This document shows, in pieces, positions 54,960 through 64,000 of a stretch of DNA of 64,000 nucleotides. Origin of the DNA: Eledone cirrhosa (lineage: Eukaryota); assembly GCA_964016885.1 (NCBI GenBank), contig OZ024742.1, positions 119,350,001-119,414,000 on the forward strand, in the 5' to 3' direction. The position numbers and the translations under genes are program-made. The notes beneath the pieces are model-generated. The model was not told the origin of the DNA. It saw only the letters and a program-made list of their open reading frames with translations, and did not search any database. Position 1 is the stretch's first letter; each line of letters opens with the position of its first letter.

Positions 54960-56070
54960 ATAAATTTGGATGGCAACAGACCACCTTACCTATTAGGAAT
55001 AGTTGTCTTAGTCTCCGGTCGCCGGTCTCGCTGGCTTTGCCGGCGTTTCTTTCGTCGGTAACCTTTTGCCGCGTCATCAACAAGGTTCTCCAAAACACAA
55101 TAGAACCCACTGTAGTCGAGGAACGTGAGGTCGCCTGCGACACTAGGAACCGGCTCGGACTCAGCCCAGTAAATTTCCCTTCTCCTTTTCCCTCTGTTGA
55201 CGTCAAATCCTCCCAGAGCATATGGGATGCCATCCAGTGCAACATGGCCTCGGACAGACTAGCGCGCCAGCTCGACCAGCCCCCGTCTCGCATACTTTCG
55301 CTCGGTCTCGCAATCCTTGGCACGCAGCTGGATAATGATAGCCTGCGAATCGGGGTTTCCCTGAGGCTCGGCCTCCGGATTTGCGAGCCATACAGATGTC
55401 GCTGCGGATACAACGTAGACATTTTCGGCCTCCACCAGCTTTCCTGTCGCCTCAATGCCGGCCGCCTTCTACGCCATGCTGCTCTCAACGAGGTCATAAA
55501 GCATGGCTTGGATGCTGCAGGCCTCCCCTCACAGTTTGAGCCGGTGGCGCTGGACCGAGGGGACGGCAAAATGCTAGACGGCGTGACCATCTTCCCGTTC
55601 CGTGGTGGTAAACCCTTCGTCTGGGATGCCACATGCAGTGACATATTCTCCAGCGGCAACCTAGTGCAGTCTACGACTAACCCAAGTTTGCAGTCGAGCC
55701 CGTAGCAGTGGAGAATTCTGGTGTCCTTGGACCTAGGGCCACCTCCCTACTCATCACCATAGGCGCTGAGCTGGCTAGCCGCAGGAGTGCGCCTCGCGAA
55801 CTGGAATGGCTCTTTCAGCGCATCTCTCTCACCATCCTCCGGGGTAACGTCTTCTCTATTCTGTCGGCCGAGGCAGCTGGGTGGCCAGCGCGTGTGACCC
55901 CATTTGCTCATAATAGTGAGAGATGAGGAGGGCGGAAGAGACGGAGGCGATGACAGTGGGAATTTAGTTTCTCTGTGTTCGGACCTGGTGTACATGTGTG
56001 TGTGTGACTGATTTAATAGTATTTTTTTTTCTTTTGTATTTTATTCCTGAAAAAAAAAAAAAAAAAAAAA
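54960..56070 (+). mobile_element. CRE-clade-like non-LTR retrotransposon 3' fragment with poly(A)
   Basis: LRLGL.ICEPYRCRCG..H.LSC, RH, EP..LDRGDGK..DG.T..P...GK..VWDATC, LFQRISL.I.RGN; poly(A) at 56050. Confidence 0.8.
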
Positions 56071-56475
56071 TGAGTTGTTCCTGTAATTATTATGGTTGCT
56101 TTTATGTATATTCTTGAAATCTTATTAAACAAAAACACACATACATAAAAAGATAGAACAAATAAAATATATAGAAAAAAATATGAATGAAATTCGACAA
56201 ACGACTATCATTGCATAAGAGGACAAATTAATTTTAATATTAGACATTATCTATGAGTGTGTACATGTGTGTACATGTGTGTGCATGTGTGTGCATGTGT
56301 GTACATGTGCGTCTCTGATTTTTTTTGTATTGTTTGTGTGTGCGTGTATGTATCTGTGAATCCTGTGTTTTTTATGTGTGCATGCGTATGCATGTACGTT
56401 TGTGTGTGTTTATCTGTTTTTTTTTTAGTTTTCTTCTTGTGTATGTGTGCGTGGGTATATATGTATATTTTTGTA

Positions 56476-56506
<31 letters not shown>

Positions 56507-56622
56507 TTATATGAGTGTGTATATATGTATATTCACGTGTGAGTCTGTGGCATTTTGTGTATGTTTATATATGGGTATTTGTGTGTGTGTCTCTGTATGA
56601 TATATATATACGGATAGGATAA

Positions 56623-56929
56623 AGACCCCATAACTCCTTGTGGGGTCGTAGAGGTACCATCATATAGAGTGGGTACTGTCATACGGCGTGTCTAGAGCAC
56701 TTTTAAACCTGGTAGAGCCCAACCCTCTCCAGGTCTAAAGTCAGACATTTTTTTCTATAGAGGATGAATCGTCCCAGTACAAGACTGGTATATTTTTTTT
56801 TATCGACCTTGAAAGGATGAAAGGCAAAGTTGATCACGGTGGTATTTGAATTCGAAGCGTGCAATGAAGTCGACGAATACCGTAAAGCTTTCTATCCGAC
56901 GTCTTAACGATTTTGCCAATTCGCCGCCT
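56623..56929 (-). mobile_element. SINE, same subfamily as 418-706
   Basis: Shared gaccccataactccttgtgg tail and core. Confidence 0.8.
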
Positions 56930-56931
56930 TA

Positions 56932-57028
<97 letters not shown>

Positions 57029-57510
57029 CTCTGTTCGAGATCGTTCAAAATGTTCTAATATAATTTGCCCCTAGAAACACCTAATTAACTTTTATATATA
57101 CAGCAGAAGTTGGCCTATGTACTATAATGAATTGAAAAACCTCGATTAACTGGGATTACCCATGCACAAAACGGACAAAACTTCCCTCTAGGTTCTCTTT
57201 TTTAATCTAAATCAACTAGCATTGTAGACAAAAACGAAATCAACACTTATAAGAAAGCAGATTATTGCTTCCTAATCGAATATTTTACTACAAACGTCAA
57301 CAGAAATGTATTCAAAAGCAATTATTTCCTTGTAAGAATCTAAAAGGTTTTGGGCTTGTTATCAATAACTCTAGGTATCAAAAGAAAAAGAACGTGCCCG
57401 ACAAGAGGCAATTTTTTTAAGTGTGCACAGAAAAGAACACTAATTTCTTTCAGAATTGTATCTTTTCGAATAAATTGAGATTTTCATCCTTCCAGATAAT
57501 TATTGTAGAT

Positions 57511-58310
57511 GTCTGAGGAGATCGAATGAAAACTTCAGTGTAGATTACCTACAATCGATAGTATAGATGTCTGAGGAGATCGAATGAAAACTTCAGGGTA
57601 GATTGCCTACAATCGATAGTCTGAGGAGATCGAATGAAAACTTCAGGGTAGAATGCCTACAGTCGATAGTATAGATGTCTGAGGAGATCGAATGAAAACT
57701 TCAGGGTAGATTGCCTACAATCGATAGTATAGATGTCTGAGGAGATCGAATGAAAACTTCAGGGTAGAATGCCTACAATCGATAGTATAGATGTCTGAGG
57801 AGATCGAATGAAAACTTCAGGGTAGAATGCCTACAATCGATAGTATAGATGTCTGAGGAGATCGAATGAAAACTTCAGGGTAGATTGCCTACAATCGATA
57901 GTATAGATGTCTGAGGAGATCGAATGAAAACTTCAGGGTAGAATGCCTACAATCGATAGTATAGATGTCTGAGGAGATCGAATGAAAACTTCAGGGTAGA
58001 ATGCCTACAATCGATAGTATAGATGTCTGAGGAGATCGAATGAAAACTTCAGGGTAGAATGTCTACAATCGATAGTATAGATGTCTGAGGAGATCGAATA
58101 AAAACTTCAGGATAGATTGCCTACAATCGATAGTATAGATGTCTGAGGAGATCGAATGAAAACTTCAGGGTAGATTGCCTACAATCGATAGTATAGATGT
58201 CTGAGGAGATCGAATGAAAACTTCAGGGTAGATTGCCTACAATCGATAGTATAGATGTCTGAGGAGATCGAATGAAAACTTCAGGGTAGATTGCCTATAA
58301 TCGATAGTAT
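57511..58310. repeat. Tandem array of 14 x 58-bp units (one unit of 50 bp)
   Basis: Unit gtctgaggagatcgaatgaaaacttcagggtagattgcctacaatcgatagtatagat; no unique spacers. Confidence 0.95.
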
Positions 58311-58419
58311 TTGGGGTGGGTGGTGTCGATTAAAACGACCCAAGTACATTACTGGTACTTTATTTTATCGACCACGTAAGGATGAAAGGCAAAGTTAACC
58401 TCGGCGGGATTTAAACTCA
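58311..58419 (-). mobile_element. Truncated MetaSINE-like SINE
   Basis: Core ttttatcgacc..taaggatgaaaggcaaagttaacctcggcggg. Confidence 0.8.
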
Positions 58420-58558
58420 TAGTTATTCAAAATGATGTAATGCAGTTTTTTCTCTTGCATGAATAAATCTCCAGTAATAAAAAACGTGTAGCAAATTTAT
58501 ATTGAAGAAAAGTAAGGAATATTTGCGGCAATTCAGTAAACTCATAGAGCCTCTAGGT

Positions 58559-58705
58559 CAAGCATGGGCAACCTTTTTCGAGTAGTGGGTCGCATAGGAT
58601 TTGACTTATCAAATGGCGGGCCGCACTACTAAAAAAATTCAAGGCAATTTTGGAATTAGGTGTGCCATTCAGAAAGCCAAACGGGCCGCAGTTTGCCCAT
58701 GACTG
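58559..58705. mobile_element. hAT (Buster-type) MITE
   Basis: TIRs caagcatgggcaa / ttgcccatgactg; 8-bp TSD CTCTAGGT. Confidence 0.88.
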
Positions 58706-58901
58706 CTCTAGGTGATGGTTCATACTTATCCTCTTGAATAATGTAATTTTTTACATACTCACGATAACAAAAAAAAAAAAAAAGAGTGTGATTATGATTA
58801 AAGCAACTTTGATCTGTAGGTTTACTGAATCAGAACATATATGGAACTAAACAACAAATACTGCAATGTTTTATATCGATATTTTTTTAATTACTCCTTT
58901 T

Positions 58902-58963
<62 letters not shown>

Positions 58964-58999
58964 GTTTCCCTCGTCCCTCTCTTTCACTCATATTCTCTC

Positions 59000-59096
<97 letters not shown>

Positions 59097-59147
59097 TATA
59101 TCTATATATCTATCTTTCTATCTATCTATTTATCTTTCAAAAACGAA

Positions 59148-59630
59148 AGAGAGGCGGTTTTCCTCTGTACGGTGGCTATGGTGAAAGAAGTTATATGGTG
59201 GACAAGGTTGAGAGGACTGAGGACAGATGCCTTTCTCTCCGGACAACAATTGATTCCATTCTTTAAGTATCACTTTAGAAGGAGAATCAGGGTGGAGAGA
59301 GAGGCACTGCACCCCAGTAAATTTACTGAAAGGTGGGTGAATGAAGCGAAAATGGCCCGAGTGATTGGGCCTTCTCTGTTTATAAGCCTGTAGGTTGAGG
59401 AAGAGAGCAAAAGGAAGAAAGGAGCACTTGCACAACACGCTCCTTGAGTTGAGGGTTGTTCTATCGACGGGGTATTAAACAACCCATTTGTGGCGCCTCC
59501 CCCCTATTGGGGATTTCGATTGTTGAAATTGTTTGTTTTTATATTTTTTACACGACTGTATGTAAAATCCCCGGCATGTCTTTGTATTGTCCCCTTTCTT
59601 GTTGCGCCCTTGTGGCTAATAAAGAAATCT
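59148..59630 (+). mobile_element. L1/Tx1 3' fragment with (TATC)n tail
   Basis: AVFLC.VAM.KEVIWWTRL.GL...FFKYH..R.IRVER; ends cccttgtggctaataaagaaatctatctat. Confidence 0.85.
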
Positions 59631-59750
59631 ATCTATTTATCTATCATATCTATCTATAGCAAGCAGAGACAATATATTTAAGCCACTTTGCTATAATATA
59701 TAAAATAGGTCCCTTTTGGACATGACTAACCATGGGTTTGCACCTGAATA

Positions 59751-59801
<51 letters not shown>

Positions 59802-60280
59802 TTATATGTGTGTGCGTGTGTGTGTGTGTGTGTATGTGTGTGTGCGTGTGTGTATTTCCCTCTCTCTCTCACACACACACACACGCGCGCACGAGCAGAC
59901 ACAAACTCATCTTTTTATCTATATCTACAACTACATTGTTTAGTGTGTCATCCCATTGTTAAGACGAAAGTGTGTGAGTGTGATTTGACGAGTATTTTTA
60001 GATGCCCGGTCGATTACGTGGGGACTCCCTCGTTGGATCGTACGAGTGGATGAGAATGTATGTGTGTATGTGAGTGAGTATGCGTGTGTGGTTAGATTAC
60101 TTATCTCACACAAGTAGCAATTAAACATCACACATCTATATTTTCTGCTTGACATTTCCTAATCTGCGTTTTGACAGCAGAACAGATGAACCTATTGGAA
60201 GAGTGTATATATATATATATATATATATATATCATTCAAAATATTAATAAATGGAGACAATCACTTAATCAAAATATATG

Positions 60281-60342
60281 TTTTATTATATATATTTCGG
60301 AGGTACTGTGCTGTTTTTTCAGTACGTCCTCATCAGATAAAA
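60281..60342 (-). ncRNA. Type-I hammerhead ribozyme motif with intact core
   Basis: UUUUAU CUGAUGA GGA-C-GUACUG..CAGUAC-C-UCC GAAA UAUAUA UA AUAAAA in a ~170 bp insert between (TA)n tracts. Confidence 0.82.
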
Positions 60343-60404
60343 TACATAAATTGATGTATGAAAATACCTCAACTGTGCTGATGGTTCAATTCCAGTCTTG
60401 GCAG

Positions 60405-60442
<38 letters not shown>

Positions 60443-60446
<4 letters not shown>

Positions 60447-60830
60447 AAGTATGTCCATAGAATCATTTGATAAAATATATACACCATTTCCTCTCCCAAT
60501 CAGCATAATCAACCACACAAAAATCCAATTAAACCAGGCTATAAGATTAAAAGACACCTATGAAGAAATAATAGATAAATAAACGACAGCTATCTATTCG
60601 CGATCAACATGGAATATTTACCCAGCATTTCCAATAGCACGTGGGAATCGATTAAATATATCGTCAACCATACACAATTAGCTGTCGTTTATTTATCTAT
60701 TATTTCTTCATAGGTGTCTTTTAATCTTATAGCCTTGTTTAATTGTTTTTTTGTGTGTGGTTGATTATGCTGATTGGGAGAGGAAATGGTGTATATATTT
60801 TATCAAATGATTCTATGGACATACTTTATT
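60443..60830. repeat. Fold-back inverted repeat, ~150-bp arms, 86-bp structured spacer
   Basis: 60443-60592 is the reverse complement of 60679-60830. Confidence 0.9.
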
Positions 60831-62218
60831 GTATATTGCTCTGATTGTTGATTATTTAATTAATTAATTCGTCATTGAGCCACATCGTGAATGGTTGCCA
60901 AAAACATATATATATATGTCTATGACTTTCTCTAGTTTGTGTATATGTAAATCTTTATATATATATATAAATACAAATAAATATTCAGCGAGAATCGCAT
61001 TTCGGCGGGCAGGAAAAGCGAAGCGAAACGCAAAAATCAGAAATGATACTGGCAAAGTGCTCAATAGTTAAAAACCAGAGCTAAACAATGTGTTAAGAAG
61101 CCATACAAAACTGAAAAGGGGGTCAAGAAGGCATTAACCACCCAAGCCAAAAACCAAATCAAGCTAAACAGGTCAAAACAAAATAAATGATAAAAAATAT
61201 ATATATCGGAGTCCCGTAACTCCTGAGGCAGTGAGAGGGGCGCCGTATTGACATACAGCATTTCTAGGGAATTTTTTAAAACCCAGCAGAGTCCATCTCC
61301 TCTTCAAGTTTGAATACAGCAGATTTCTTCCAGAGAAAAATAAAGATTGAGAGAATTGAATGAAAATGAGATATAAAGGAAGAATCTACCTCGGTACTAG
61401 ACTGGTACTTTTTTTAGCGACCTTGAATGGATGAAAGGCAGGGTTGACCTTGGCGGGATTTGAACTCAGGGAGCGAACTATACTGCCTTTAAACTGTAAG
61501 TTGAACTTTCTCACTATTTTTACCTAGCTCAATCTATTTTTATTGTTTGCGGTACTGTATTTGTTTTCTATTTGAAAACACACTGGTTGAGTGTTTGTGG
61601 CAATAATCATATTTTTTCAATGTGATTTTGTTTGTCAACGTGTCACTGTTTAGTCAAACCTGGTTTACCTCCTCTTTGATGTGACGTCACGCGTCACTAG
61701 GGAGCTTACTGCTAACATTACTTGTTACTAACAACCGAAAGATCTTAGCACACCTTTTTGTGTCTTTCCTAAACAGAGAGGCGACCTTCCGCTGACGAAA
61801 CGACCCTACGCTGAATTACGTAATGTTTAATATCATTACTTAATAGTCTGCATATGAGTGTACATGATCGGTGCACGATCAGCAATTGGGGACCGTGGAA
61901 ACTGTTATAGTATTTCAGGTACCATATCATCTTACTCACACGAAGTCGTTCCCCTCACTGTTTAACGAAAATGTGAACTCTGGCCAACTGGGTTCGAATT
62001 TTAATAATACGAACTTAGTTTGCCATCAAGTTAGTGAGGAAATGTGGGAAGCTATGTCCGTTCTATTCGACTTGCTTCGCCTACTAATTATATATATATA
62101 ATTAATTAATTAATTATAGTATGTGTTAGTTTATCACCGACACTTTAGTATGCTGGGTAGAGCACTGGACGAATTACACATGTGGGTCTGTTTACTCCAT
62201 AGTATATTTTTATGATCA

Positions 62219-62533
62219 TGAAGTACAAATCAACAGGTTATAATTCACTCCGTTTATTTATAATCGCTGTTATATATATTTCGGTGATAACAGTTATGCA
62301 ACAGTTACCGGTGCTTTGAGAGACCAACACCAAATATCAGCCCGGAGCATATCAATGAATCAAAACAACAGAAGCAAGTTTTAGTTCTTTATGTTTTTCT
62401 GTTTTTTTTTCCTGTTCAAATTCTAGCTGTCTGATGAGGTCATAACTATTGCATAAGGGTTATCACCGAAATATATATAATAGTGATTACGAATAAACGA
62501 AGTGAATTATAACCTGTTGACTTGTTCTTCAGG
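62219..62533 (+). mobile_element. Fold-back HHR mini-element
   Basis: 62219-62307 is an inverted copy of 62443-62531. Confidence 0.78.
62426..62484 (+). ncRNA. Type-I hammerhead ribozyme motif with intact core
   Basis: GCUGU CUGAUGA GGU.AUAAC..GUUAU.ACC GAAA UAUAUA UA AUAGU; the inverted copy has perfect stem I partner ACAGC. Confidence 0.82.
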
Positions 62534-63076
62534 TTTATATATATATATATATATATAAAAGAAAATTTTCGCTCTACATGGCTGAATACAATAAATGTAA
62601 TCTGAGTTTTTCGAATATTAATAATAACATTCGATTCGTTTGCAATTATGCAAATAAGCCTCAATTTTATAGCCATGTCAGTAGAATGAACCCTTCATTC
62701 TTACTCTTGTGTTGGCATGTGAACAGAACTGCAGACACTAATGTTTCTGGGTATCACCTTTCATCAGTACAGCTCACTGTTCACCTGCCAAACTGTCAGA
62801 GCTAGTGAAAATATATGCTATTTTCAAAAATACACAGTAACTGATCGGCCTGATTTGCATATTATCAGACTGGCTGATCAGTCAGATCTGCATATTAGCA
62901 GATCCACTGATCAACCAGATTTTCATATCAGCAGACTGATCAGTGGATCTGCTAATATGCAGATCTGACTGATCAGCCAGTCTGATAATATGCAAATCAG
63001 GCCGATCAGTTACTGTGTATTTTTGAAAATAGCATATATTTTCACTAGCTCTGACAGTTTGGCAGGTGAACAGTGA

Positions 63077-63122
63077 GCTGTACTGATGAAAGGTGATACC
63101 CAGAAACATTAGTGTCTGCAGT
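63077..63122 (+). ncRNA. Minimal hammerhead motif (other copies 62728-62773 on -, 63711-63756 on +)
   Basis: GCUGUA CUGAUGA A(A/G)GGU-GAU-ACCC A GAAA CAUUAGUG UC UGCAGU; GUC cleavage triplet; A-A at the stem II base. Confidence 0.75.
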
Positions 63123-63237
63123 TCTGTTCACATCCAACACAAGAGCAAGAATGAAGGGTTCATTCTACTGATATGGCTATAAAATTGAGGCTTGTTTGCA
63201 TAATTGCAAACGAATCGAATGTTATTATTAATATTCG

Positions 63238-63425
63238 GTGGTGGATTGGCAGTATCGGTAGAGGGTCGGACGCCATGCTTTCCAGTGTAGTTACGTCCCT
63301 TTACGATCTGAGTTCAAATCCCGCCGAGGTTGACTTTGCCTTTCATCCTTACGGGGTCGATAAAATAAAGTACCAGTAATGCACTGGGTAATTGCTGGCC
63401 TTGAGCCTAAAGTAGAAACAATTAT
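63238..63425 (+). mobile_element. MetaSINE-like SINE inserted in one arm of the fold-back
   Basis: Full consensus; TSD attattaatattcg; absent from the opposite arm. Confidence 0.92.
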
Positions 63426-64000
63426 TAATATTCGAAAAACTCAGATTACATTTATTGTGTTCAGCCATGTAGAGCGAAATTTTCTTTTTTATTTGAATTT
63501 GGCAAAGCCGGCCATTTATCGCTCGTATACAGGAAACTAACTGGCCAGTCTGCTGTTATGCAAATCCGGCTGATCAGTGGATCTGCTAATATGCAGATGT
63601 GACTGATTAGCCAGTCTGATAATATGCAAATCAGGCCGATCAGTCATTATGTATCTTTGAAAATAGCATATATTTTCACTAGCTCTGACAGTTTGGCAGG
63701 TGAATAGTGAACTGTTCTGATGAAGGGTGATACCCAGAAACATTAGTGTCTGCAGTTCTGTTCACATGCCAACACAAGAGCAAGAATGAAGAGTTCATTC
63801 TACTGACATGGTTATAAAATTGAGGCTTGTTTGCATAATTGCATAATTGCATAATTGCAAACGAATAGAATGTTATTAATTGAAACCGTGGCATGAACAC
63901 AGATTACCGACGACCTAAAACACCCAGCACATATGTAGAAATAGAAACCTTCCTAGTCAATGAAAGAGCCTCTATGTCGCTCGAATTGTTAGAAATAGTA

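Larger units (their letters stand above)
62556..63882 (+). mobile_element. Inverted plus tandem three-copy HHR element (Penelope pLTR-like architecture)
   Basis: Copy 1 (-) 62556-62913, copy 2 (+) 62937-63485, copy 3 (+) 63541-63882; internal 33-bp subrepeats. Confidence 0.82.

Noticed and set aside
57511-58310. CRISPR-like array
   Set aside because: Units are contiguous with no unique spacers, there are no cas genes, and the context is eukaryotic.
61786-61830. CUGACGA...GAAU-UACGUA motif
   Set aside because: Stem I cannot form and the core has multiple deviations.
62741-63109. Identical 75-aa ORFs on both strands
   Set aside because: Artefact of the palindrome; no protein-family features.

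Overview
AT-rich, microsatellite-dense animal genomic DNA. The SINE/LINE content suggests a cephalopod (Octopus-like) genome; this is an inference. No host protein-coding gene is supportable and most ORF-track entries are microsatellite or antisense artefacts. The window is a transposon graveyard: tRNA-derived MetaSINE-like SINEs, RTE 3' fragments, a ~12.5 kb cluster of R4/Dong-like and L1/Tx1-like LINEs sharing (TAA)n tracts, a CRE-like LINE fragment, mariner and hAT (Buster-type) elements. The main hidden signal is about a dozen short non-coding inserts carrying minimal type-I hammerhead ribozyme (HHR) motifs (CUGANGA-stem II-GAAA-palindromic stem III-UH, closed by stem I), mostly in or next to (TA)n. 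They occur as fold-back inverted duplications or tandem copies, as expected for Penelope-like pLTR or retrozyme-type non-autonomous elements. In four unrelated families the inverted arm breaks inside HHR stem II, and one solo copy starts exactly at the predicted cleavage site. All folds were done by eye and ribozyme activity is untested.
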